DNA of 16,886 bases, taken from contig CANGEE010000052.1 of assembly GCA_947452635.1 (NCBI GenBank), positions 1 to 16,886 of the forward strand, read 5' to 3'. The stretch is from Comamonadaceae bacterium (lineage in GTDB: Bacteria > Pseudomonadota > Gammaproteobacteria > Burkholderiales > Burkholderiaceae_C). Position numbers and translations under genes: made by a program. Shown here piece after piece: positions 4,752 through 12,099 of this stretch (positions are counted from its first letter, which is position 1; each line of letters opens with the position of its first letter). The notes under the pieces were generated by a model that was given only the letters and a program-made list of their open reading frames with translations, searched no databases and had not been told where the DNA came from.

Positions 4752-6623
4752 CTATTCCACTGTCACCGACTTGGCCAAATTGCGCGGCTTGTCCACATCC
4801 GTTCCCCGTGCACAGGCGGTGTGGTACGCCAGCAGTTGCAGCGGCACCACGTGCAAGATGGGGGAGAGCACGCCGTAGTGCTCAGGCATGCGGATGACGT
4901 TGACGCCTTCGCTGCTTTCAATCTTGGTGTCGCCATCGGCCAGCACATACAGCACGCCGCCGCGGGCGCGCACTTCTTGCATATTGCTTTTGAGCTTTTC
5001 CAAGAGCTGGTCGTTGGGGGCCACGGTGACCACCGGCATGGCGTTGGTCACCAGGGCCAGCGGGCCGTGTTTGAGTTCGCCGGCGGCATAGGCTTCGGCG
5101 TGGATGTAGGTGATCTCTTTGAGCTTGAGCGCGCCTTCCAGCGCGATGGGGTAATGCGTGCCCCGGCCCAAGAACAGCGCGTTTTCTTTGCTGGCAAATT
5201 CTTGCGCCCAGCTGATGATTTGCGGCTCCAGCGCCAGCACGGCTTGCAGCGCGGCGGGCAGATGGCGCATGGCTTTGATGTGGCCAGCCTCTTGGGCGTC
5301 GCTCAAGTGGCCCTGGGTTTGCGCCAGCGCCAAGGTGAGCAAAAACAAACCGGCCAGCTGGGTGGTGAACGCCTTGGTGGAGGCCACGCCGATCTCGGCG
5401 CCGGCGCGCGTCACATATGCGTGCTTGCACTCGCGCACCATGGCGCTGGTGGCGACGTTGCAAATGGTCAGCGTCTGTGTCATGCCCAGGCTTTGTGCGT
5501 GGCGCAGGGCGGCCAGGGTGTCGGCGGTCTCGCCGGACTGGGTGATGGTGACGATCAGTGTCTTGGGGTTGGGCACCGATTCGCGGTAGCGAAATTCGCT
5601 GGCAATCTCGACCTGACACGGCACTTTGGCAATCGCCTCGATCCAGTATTTGGCCACACAGCCGCTGTAGTAGCTGGTGCCGCAGGCCAGGATCAGCACG
5701 TTGTCAATGGCTTTGAAGGTGGAATAAGCGCCATCGCCAAACAACTCGGGGGTGATGCCTTCCAAGCCTTCGAGCGTGTCGGCAATGGCGCGGGGCTGCT
5801 CGAAGATTTCTTTTTGCATGTAGTGGCGATAAGGGCCGAGTTCGGCAGCGCCGCTGTGCGCGTGCACGGTTTTGACCTCACGCGTTGCCGCCTTGTGCGC
5901 CCGGTCCACGATCCAGTATTTGCCCAGTTGGATGTCGACCACGTCGCCTTCTTCGAGGTAGACAATTTGATCGGTCACCCCGGCCAAGGCCATGGCGTCG
6001 CTGGCCAAAAAAGTTTCGCCTTGGCCCACGCCCAAAATCAAGGGTGAGCCCGCACGCGCACCGATCACGCGGTGCGGCTCGTCTTTGTGAAACACCGCAA
6101 TCGCATAAGCGCCGTGCAGTTGCAAGATGGCGGTTTTGACGGCTTCGAAAATATCGCCGTCGTACACGCTGTCGACCAAGTGCGCGATGACCTCGGTGTC
6201 GGTCTGGCTCAAAAACACATAGCCCTTGGCTTGCAGGGCGGCGCGCAATTCTTCGTGGTTTTCAATGATGCCGTTGTGCACCAGCGCCACCTTGCCGGGC
6301 TTGTCCTGTGCAGTGCCCGTGCCGTGGCTGAAATGCGGGTGCGCGTTGTGCACCGCAGGCGCGCCGTGGGTGGCCCAGCGGGTGTGGGCAATGCCGGTGC
6401 CGCCTTCGATGTGCTCGGCCTTCACCTGGTCCATCAACTCGGCCACGCGTGAGGTGCTGCGGGCGCGCTGCAAGCCCTTCTGGACGCCCTTGCCGCCATT
6501 CAGGCTGGCCGCATGCACGGCCACGCCGCAAGAGTCATAGCCCCGGTATTCGAGCCGCTGCAGGCCTTGGACCAGGACGGGAACGATGTTGCGCTGCGAA
6601 ACTGCGCCGACGATGCCACACAT
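4752..6623 (-). CDS. glmS: Glutamine--fructose-6-phosphate aminotransferase (isomerizing)
   Basis: MCGIVGAV N-terminus with the Cys2 nucleophile, two SIS domains, and the canonical C-terminus [13 protein letters not shown]. 623 aa. Confidence 0.97.
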   Translation of the reverse strand: MCGIVGAVSQRNIVPVLVQGLQRLEYRGYDSCGVAVHAASLNGGKGVQKGLQRARSTSRVAELMDQVKAEHIEGGTGIAHTRWATHGAPAVHNAHPHFSHGTGTAQDKPGKVALVHNGIIENHEELRAALQAKGYVFLSQTDTEVIAHLVDSVYDGDIFEAVKTAILQLHGAYAIAVFHKDEPHRVIGARAGSPLILGVGQGETFLASDAMALAGVTDQIVYLEEGDVVDIQLGKYWIVDRAHKAATREVKTVHAHSGAAELGPYRHYMQKEIFEQPRAIADTLEGLEGITPELFGDGAYSTFKAIDNVLILACGTSYYSGCVAKYWIEAIAKVPCQVEIASEFRYRESVPNPKTLIVTITQSGETADTLAALRHAQSLGMTQTLTICNVATSAMVRECKHAYVTRAGAEIGVASTKAFTTQLAGLFLLTLALAQTQGHLSDAQEAGHIKAMRHLPAALQAVLALEPQIISWAQEFASKENALFLGRGTHYPIALEGALKLKEITYIHAEAYAAGELKHGPLALVTNAMPVVTVAPNDQLLEKLKSNMQEVRARGGVLYVLADGDTKIESSEGVNVIRMPEHYGVLSPILHVVPLQLLAYHTACARGTDVDKPRNLAKSVTVE

Positions 6624-6663
6624 AGAAATGCTCTCAAAAACCGAATGTGCTGGATATTAGGAC

Positions 6664-6694
6664 GATCGAAGAAAAATTTTCGATCAATTTTCGA
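6664..6694. promoter_or_regulatory. Candidate operator elements in the glmS / lrp-type divergent region: inverted repeat GATCGAA-N8-TTCGATC (6664-6685) and direct repeat ATTTTCGA at 6676-6683 and 6687-6694 (11-bp phase)
   Basis: Read directly. They are embedded in a strongly AT-rich intergenic region of about 135 bp within otherwise high-GC DNA. Confidence 0.4.
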
Positions 6695-6759
6695 GTTTTT
6701 TTAGCTATTTATTTCTTTTTAAGATTATTATGAAATTAAATTTCAATAAAATACTTTAT

Positions 6760-7248
6760 ATGAAATCAATAGAACTCGACGCCATTGACCTGCAACTGCT
6801 GGACAGCCTGCAGCACGACGCCAGCCTGAGCAATGTGGCGCTGGCGGAAAAGGCCAACGTTTCGCCGCCCACTTGTTTGAGGCGCGTCAAACGCTTGATC
6901 GATGAAGGCTGGATCGAACGCCAAGTGGCGGTGCTGAGCGCCGACAAGCTGGGCGTCGCGCTGGGCCATGGCCTCACGGCCTTGGTGGAAGTCTCCCTGG
7001 ACAAGCAAGGCAGCGAACACCTGGACGCTTTTGAGGCCCACGCCGTGACCTTGGACGCGGTGCAGCAGTGCTGGCGCGTCTCGCCCGGGCCGGACTTCAT
7101 GCTGGTGGTGCAAGCCCGCGACATGCCGCATTACCTGACGATCAGCCAGTCCCTGTTTACGCAAGACGCGAATGTGCGCAATGTGAAAGCATTTTTTGCC
7201 ACCAAGCGGGCCAAGTTCGGGACGCAAATGACCTTACCAACGCGCTAA
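6760..7248 (+). CDS. Lrp/AsnC family transcriptional regulator
   Basis: The N-terminal HTH LDAIDLQLLDSLQHDASLSNVALAEKANVSPPTCLRRVKRL is followed by an ACT-like RAM/AsnC_trans_reg domain. The start is taken at MKSIELD (6760) rather than the upstream ATG at 6730. Confidence 0.9.
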   Translation: MKSIELDAIDLQLLDSLQHDASLSNVALAEKANVSPPTCLRRVKRLIDEGWIERQVAVLSADKLGVALGHGLTALVEVSLDKQGSEHLDAFEAHAVTLDAVQQCWRVSPGPDFMLVVQARDMPHYLTISQSLFTQDANVRNVKAFFATKRAKFGTQMTLPTR

Positions 7249-7253
7249 GGGCT

Positions 7254-8678
7254 TTACTTTTTCTTTTGGGGTCGCGCCCAATGGGCAATGCTCACCTGCT
7301 TGCCGCGCGCCACGCTCAGGGCGCCCGGTTCAGTGCTTTTGGTGATGGTCGAGCCGCCGCCCACGGTGCCACCCGCGCCGATGGTGACGGGAGCGATCAG
7401 CACGCAGTTGCTGCCGATGTGCACATCGGCTTCGATCACAGTGCGGTGCTTGTTGGCGCCGTCGTAATTGGCGGTGATGCTGCCCGCCCCGTAGTTGACC
7501 CGCTCGCCCACCGTGGCGTCGCCCAAATAAGCCAGGTGGTTGGCTTTGGCTCCTTTGGCCAGGGTGGAATTTTTGACTTCGACAAAGTTGCCAATGTGCA
7601 CCTCGGCCGCCAGTTGTGCGCCCGGGCGCAGGCGGGCAAACGGGCCGATCAAAGCGCCCTCGCCCACGCTCACGCCCTGTTTTTCGCCGTCGATGTGGGT
7701 GAACGGATGAATCACCGCACCCGCAGCAATCGTGCAGTTGGCAATCACGCAGTTCGCCCCCACGCGCACGCCATCGCCCAAGCTGACCTGGCCTGCAAAA
7801 ATGCAATTGACGTCAATCTCCACGTCCTGGCCGCAGTCCAGTTGGCCGCGCAGGTCAAACCGCGCAGGGTCTTGCAAACGCACGCCTTGTTCCATCAGCG
7901 CCTGGGCTTGACGCAGTTGGTGCGAGCGCTCCAACTCGGCCAATTGCACCGGGCTGTTGATGCCTGCGACCTGCAGCGCATCTTCAATGGTGTGCGCCAC
8001 CACCTCCACGCCGTCGGCCACAGCGAATTTCACAATGTCGGTCAGGTAGTACTCGCCTTGGGCGTTGTGGTTGTCCAGACGCGCCAGCCAGGGCTTGAGC
8101 AGGCGCGCAGGCAAGGCCATGATGCCGCTGTACACCTCCCGAATGGCACGCTCCTCCATGCTGGCGTCTTTGTGCTCGACGATGGCTTGGACCTGCACGC
8201 CATGGCGCAGGATGCGGCCATAACCCGTGGGGTCGGCCAATTCAATGGTGAGCAAAGCCAAGCGTGTGCCGCCGCTGGCGGCGATCAAGGCTTGCAAGGT
8301 GTCGGCCTGGGTCAGCGGCACATCGCCCGACAAGATCACCACCAAACCGTCGTCAGCCAATGCGGGCACCGCTTGCTGCAGCGCGTGGCCGGTGCCCAGT
8401 TGCGGGTCTTGGCGCACAAACTGCAAGGCGGTTTCGGTGGATGATGGGACTGCAGCCCATAAGGCCGACTCGACTTGCGCCGCACCGTGCCCGGTGATCA
8501 CCACCGCCGAGCGCGCGTGCAATCGGGCTGCCGTGGCCAACACGTGCTGCACCAAGGGCACGCCGGCCAAGCGCTGCAGCACCTTGGGCAAGCGGCTTTT
8601 CATGCGGGTGCCTTTGCCGGCCGCCATAACAACCACATCAATTGGGAGGGAATGGAGAGTTTGGTTCATGCTGTGCAT
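7254..8678 (-). CDS. glmU: Bifunctional UDP-N-acetylglucosamine diphosphorylase / glucosamine-1-phosphate N-acetyltransferase
   Basis: VVMAAGKGTRMKSRLPKVLQ nucleotidyltransferase motif plus C-terminal left-handed beta-helix hexapeptide repeats. The start is ambiguous among 8681 (GTG), 8678 (ATG) and 8669 (ATG). Confidence 0.95.
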   Translation of the reverse strand: MHSMNQTLHSLPIDVVVMAAGKGTRMKSRLPKVLQRLAGVPLVQHVLATAARLHARSAVVITGHGAAQVESALWAAVPSSTETALQFVRQDPQLGTGHALQQAVPALADDGLVVILSGDVPLTQADTLQALIAASGGTRLALLTIELADPTGYGRILRHGVQVQAIVEHKDASMEERAIREVYSGIMALPARLLKPWLARLDNHNAQGEYYLTDIVKFAVADGVEVVAHTIEDALQVAGINSPVQLAELERSHQLRQAQALMEQGVRLQDPARFDLRGQLDCGQDVEIDVNCIFAGQVSLGDGVRVGANCVIANCTIAAGAVIHPFTHIDGEKQGVSVGEGALIGPFARLRPGAQLAAEVHIGNFVEVKNSTLAKGAKANHLAYLGDATVGERVNYGAGSITANYDGANKHRTVIEADVHIGSNCVLIAPVTIGAGGTVGGGSTITKSTEPGALSVARGKQVSIAHWARPQKKK

Positions 8679-8755
8679 CACGTGTCCGTCAAACTTGGCG
8701 GTTTATCTTTCAACAATCGTATAGCCGATTATCGTTCGTGGAACTGACTCAACCC

Positions 8756-9652
8756 ATGCTTTCAACTGCCGCCTTGAAATCACACCGCGCCCTGTGCGGG
8801 GCTTGGCGGCTGGGGTGTTGGATTTTGCTGTTGGCTTTGCTGCCAGGCTGCAGCGCCATCAAATTGGGCTACAGCAAAGCAGATGACTTGGCTTACTGGT
8901 GGCTGGACGGTTATGCGGATTTTTCAGCGCCGCAGTCTGAGCGGCTGCGCGCCGCCTTGAGCGAGGTGCACCTGTGGCACCGCACCCATGAGCTGCCCCT
9001 GTATGTGGGTCTGCTGCAACAAGCCCAGACCCTGGCCGCAGACAACATCAGCGCTGCGCAGGTCTGTGGCCTGGCTGAAGCGGGGCAATTGCACCTGAAC
9101 GCCTTGACCCTCAAGGCCCTGCCCGCGCTCACCGCCGTCGCCCTGGATTTGTCGGGACGGCAAGTAGCGCATTGGGAGCGGCAATGGGCCAAGAAAAACA
9201 CCAGCTGGCAAGACGACTGGCTGAACATCACTCCTGCACAGCGCGAGAAAAAACGCCTGGACAATTTTGTCGATCGCTTTGAATCTTTTTACGGCAACTT
9301 CACGCCTGCGCAAATCCAATTGCTCAAGCAACAGGTGCAACAATCGGCGTGGACAGCGCCTTGGGCTTGGCAAGACCGCTTGCACAAGCAGCAGCAGTTG
9401 CGGGAACTGGTGCGATCTTTCCAACTCAAATCACCCAACCCCTTGGGGGCTCAAGAAGAGCTGCAGGCCATGGCCTTGAGCTGGACCTCCACCACCGAAG
9501 GGTATGGTTTTGAAACCCGCCTGCGCCTCAAGCAAGAAGCCTGCGCCAATGTGGCCCAGCTGCACAACACCACCACCCCTGCGCAAAGGCTCAAGGCGAT
9601 TGCGAGAATGCGCGCTTACGCCAATGACTTGAAAGATTTGTCGACGCCGTGA
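8756..9652 (+). CDS. Conserved lipoprotein of unknown function (possibly the DUF6279 family; that family name is from memory and unverified)
   Basis: MLSTAALKSHRALCGAWRLGCWILLLALLPGC: a signal peptide with a lipobox-like LPGC. The track ORF starting at 8642 overlaps the glmU start and looks like an artefactual extension. Confidence 0.75.
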   Translation: MLSTAALKSHRALCGAWRLGCWILLLALLPGCSAIKLGYSKADDLAYWWLDGYADFSAPQSERLRAALSEVHLWHRTHELPLYVGLLQQAQTLAADNISAAQVCGLAEAGQLHLNALTLKALPALTAVALDLSGRQVAHWERQWAKKNTSWQDDWLNITPAQREKKRLDNFVDRFESFYGNFTPAQIQLLKQQVQQSAWTAPWAWQDRLHKQQQLRELVRSFQLKSPNPLGAQEELQAMALSWTSTTEGYGFETRLRLKQEACANVAQLHNTTTPAQRLKAIARMRAYANDLKDLSTP

Positions 9653-9676
9653 AAAAGCCCCTCGCAAGGGGCTTTT
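9653..9676. terminator. Bidirectional rho-independent terminator AAAAGCCCCT-CGCA-AGGGGCTTTT
   Basis: Perfect 10-bp stem that includes the A and T runs. It lies between the convergent genes 8756-9652 (+) and 9726-10727 (-). Confidence 0.85.
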
Positions 9677-9725
9677 GGGGGCAGGCTGGCTTGGTCACAA
9701 GCTGGCCCAGATGAGGCACAGCACC

Positions 9726-10727
9726 TCAGGCTTGCAGCGCTTTCCACATCTCCATGTCGCGCTCGGCGGTCCAGATGCGCGGGTTCTTGATGCCCGAAGC
9801 TTCGTCAAAAGCGCGCGTCACGTCAAAAGGCAGGCAGTGCTCGTAAATGAACACCTGGCCAAAGATCGGGTCCATGCTTTTGCGGGTATGGGCCATGGCG
9901 GCTTTGAGGTCCATCTTCCCGGCCACCGCTTCTTTGCCGGCGGTGAACAGGGTTTCGACCCACAGCTGGGTGTAGTCCAACGCCTTGTTGACTTGGGCAT
10001 TGCCTTTCATGGCCTCGCCGCGACCGGGCACGATGGCTTCGGCCTTCAAGGCACGCAGGGCTTCTAAAGTGGCAGGCCACTCTTGCAATTGGGCGTCACC
10101 GGTGTACACGCCGGCTTCGTACTCAACCAAGTCGCCAGAGAACAGCACTTTTTCGGCTTCCACCCAGGCGATGGTGTCGCCACGGGTGTGGCCGTAGCCG
10201 GGACTCCAGATCTGTACCGTCACACCGCCCAAATCCAGCACCAATTTGCCGGGCACTTCGCCCTTTGTCGCGTCGCCGCCGCCAATCACCATGGTGGGCC
10301 ACGTCAGGCCGGGCACTTCGTCAGCGCCACGGAACAGGCGCGGAAAACGCTCCATCTCGCTCTTCATGTCTTGCGCGCCGCGCTCCACGATCAGCTCGTA
10401 AGTGCCTTGGCTGGCAATCACTTCGGTCGCGCCTTCGGCCACATAGGCGCTGGCACCGAGCACGCGCACCGCGTGGTAGTGGGTCAACAACACGTATTTG
10501 ATCGGCTTGTCGCTGACCTTGCGAATTTGCGCGATCAGGTCCTTGGCCATGGCCGGTGTGGCGGTGGCGTCGCTGACCATGATGAATTTGTCGCCGATGA
10601 TCACGCCCGAATTCGGGTCGCCTTCAGCGGTGTAAGCCCAGCAGTGCGGGCTGAGTTGCTCGAAAGTGATCTTCTTATCGGCCAGATCGGCTTGCGAGGC
10701 AAAGGCCTTGGTGGGGGCTTGGGTCAT
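9726..10727 (-). CDS. MBL-fold metallo-hydrolase family protein with a degenerate metal-binding signature
   Basis: MBL-type landmarks are present: LLTHYHAVRVLG where HxHxDH is expected, GYGHTRGD, LFSGDLV, and IVPGRGE where PGHG is expected. Confidence 0.8.
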   Translation of the reverse strand: MTQAPTKAFASQADLADKKITFEQLSPHCWAYTAEGDPNSGVIIGDKFIMVSDATATPAMAKDLIAQIRKVSDKPIKYVLLTHYHAVRVLGASAYVAEGATEVIASQGTYELIVERGAQDMKSEMERFPRLFRGADEVPGLTWPTMVIGGGDATKGEVPGKLVLDLGGVTVQIWSPGYGHTRGDTIAWVEAEKVLFSGDLVEYEAGVYTGDAQLQEWPATLEALRALKAEAIVPGRGEAMKGNAQVNKALDYTQLWVETLFTAGKEAVAGKMDLKAAMAHTRKSMDPIFGQVFIYEHCLPFDVTRAFDEASGIKNPRIWTAERDMEMWKALQA

Positions 10728-10761
10728 GGAAGTTCTCCGCTTGTTCGGTCAAAAATAGGAT

Positions 10762-10795
10762 TTTACCTAATCGTAACGAATTACGCATCGGTAAA
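10762..10795. promoter_or_regulatory. 34-bp dyad TTTACC-TAAT-CGTAA-CGAA-TTACG-CATC-GGTAAA, a candidate TetR operator upstream of the MBL-fold gene
   Basis: Read directly. There are 11 paired positions per half-site (outer 6 bp and inner 5 bp perfect). It lies in the AT-rich 89-bp gap between the TetR gene stop and the MBL gene start. Confidence 0.45.
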
Positions 10796-10816
10796 TTTCA
10801 GACTGGAATTCAAGTG

Positions 10817-11449
10817 CTAAGCCAGGCCTTTTTCCAGCAACTGGATCACCTCGTCGGCAAAGGCCACGTAGCTGATCAGGCCGCCGGGGCGCAGCCAGGT
10901 GAAGGTCCAGTTGATCATGCCAAACAGCATCATCGTCACCGCGGTTTGGTTGGCCGGGTTGAGGCGCTCGGGGTAGGCGCGCTTCAGCGCCCGGGTCACA
11001 GCGGCCACCACGTCGCGTTGGCGGTTCAAAATCAGCTCACGCGGCGAGACCGTGCCTGCTGCACCGAGCGCCAGGTCGGGCACATCGCTCAAAAACTGGG
11101 TGTCATTCAACAGCGCCACATGCCGCGTGGCCGAGCTTTCGTATTCTTGTAAAAACGCCCGAATCAGTTCGTGCAAGGCGGCGCGGTCGTTCAGGTTGCG
11201 CCTTTGGGCGTGGGCCTCGGATTGCGCAATCAGCGTCAGCAAGCGCTGGGTGTAGCGGTCCATCAGGTCGAACAAAATGGCCTCTTTGCTGCCGTAATAG
11301 TGGTACAGCCGGGCCTTGGAGGTGCCGCAAGCGGTGGCAATCTCGTTCATGCTGGCCGCAGGGTAGCTGCGGCTGGCAAAGCATTGCGCTGCAATGTCCA
11401 AAATGGCATCGCGTTTGATGTCGTGAGTTGCGGATTTGGGTCGGGCCAT
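10817..11449 (-). CDS. TetR/AcrR family transcriptional regulator
   Basis: N-terminal HTH RDAILDIAAQCFASRSYPAASMNEIATACGTSKARLYHYYGSKEAIL. 210 aa. Confidence 0.92.
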   Translation of the reverse strand: MARPKSATHDIKRDAILDIAAQCFASRSYPAASMNEIATACGTSKARLYHYYGSKEAILFDLMDRYTQRLLTLIAQSEAHAQRRNLNDRAALHELIRAFLQEYESSATRHVALLNDTQFLSDVPDLALGAAGTVSPRELILNRQRDVVAAVTRALKRAYPERLNPANQTAVTMMLFGMINWTFTWLRPGGLISYVAFADEVIQLLEKGLA

Positions 11450-11505
11450 GGCGGCATTCTGCCAGTTGAAGAGCGCCGCCCATGACGCCCAGGTTCAGGC
11501 GCAGA

Positions 11506-12090
11506 TCACACCGGCCAGACCACGCCGTTGTCGTTCAAGATGGCTTCCAAAGGCTGGTCATGCGGCTCGGGCTCCAGATCGTCGACATAACCGTTGGTGA
11601 AACCCAGGCCCACGGTGAAGGGCTTGGGCTGCAGTGTGGCCAAGGTGCGGTCGTAAAAACCGCCGCCGTAACCCAAGCGGTAACCGCCCGCGCCGTAGCC
11701 CACGCAGGGCACAAACAACAATGTGGGTACCACCAGCTCGGTGTCTTTGGGTTTGGGAATGCCGTAGGCGTCCTCTTCCATCGGGCAACCCGGGTACCAG
11801 GCGTGAAAGGTCAAGGTCTTGTGTTCTTTGTTGACCACCGGCAGGCCAATGCGCAGGCGCTGCGCATTGCCTTGCAACTCGCCGTCCTCTTTCCAGCGGT
11901 GCAAGGCAGGCAAGGGGTCGAACTCGCCTTTGATCGGCCAGTAAGCACCAATCACCGTGTCCGTGCGCCCCACCAGCCAAATGCGCATCACGCGTTGCAA
12001 GGCGTCAATCTTGGCCTGCCGGTCGGGCATTTGCTGGCGCGCCTGCAGCAACTCGGCCCGAAGGCGTTTTTTCGCTTCTGATGTGTCCAT
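11506..12090 (-). CDS. 5-formyltetrahydrofolate cyclo-ligase
   Basis: MDTSEAKKRLRAELLQARQQM..., ...GAYWPIKGEFDP..., ...VPCVGYGAGGYRLGYGGGFYDRTL. 195 aa from the ATG at 12088-12090. The track ORF extends to 12276 and would overlap the slt start. Confidence 0.88.
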   Translation of the reverse strand: MDTSEAKKRLRAELLQARQQMPDRQAKIDALQRVMRIWLVGRTDTVIGAYWPIKGEFDPLPALHRWKEDGELQGNAQRLRIGLPVVNKEHKTLTFHAWYPGCPMEEDAYGIPKPKDTELVVPTLLFVPCVGYGAGGYRLGYGGGFYDRTLATLQPKPFTVGLGFTNGYVDDLEPEPHDQPLEAILNDNGVVWPV

Positions 12091-12099
12091 AATCAACCT

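Noticed and set aside
4700-4760. Tn7-like or CRISPR-associated transposon end at the glmS attachment site
   Set aside because: No TGT-initiated terminal sequence, no array of about 20-bp TnsB-type repeats and no tnsA/B/C/D or cas genes in the adjacent 4.7 kb. The foreign DNA also starts closer to the stop codon than Tn7 insertions do.
4821-6047. 408-aa plus-strand ORF antisense to glmS, along with the other nested ORFs in 4763-6540
   Set aside because: It lies entirely inside the unmistakable glmS gene on the opposite strand. The product is an Ala/Gly/His/Arg/Val-rich string typical of stop-poor antisense frames in high-GC DNA.
6624-6729. glmS ribozyme or GlmZ-type sRNA target in the glmS leader
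   Set aside because: The glmS ribozyme is a feature of Gram-positive bacteria and needs a conserved GC-containing pseudoknotted core, which is not visible in this AT-rich leader. GlmY/GlmZ control is enterobacterial. Nothing in the sequence supports either mechanism.
7068-8444. 458-aa plus-strand ORF antisense to glmU, and the 8227-8747 plus-strand ORFs
   Set aside because: Same high-GC antisense artefact. glmU on the minus strand has clear family motifs, and the antisense products are low-complexity.
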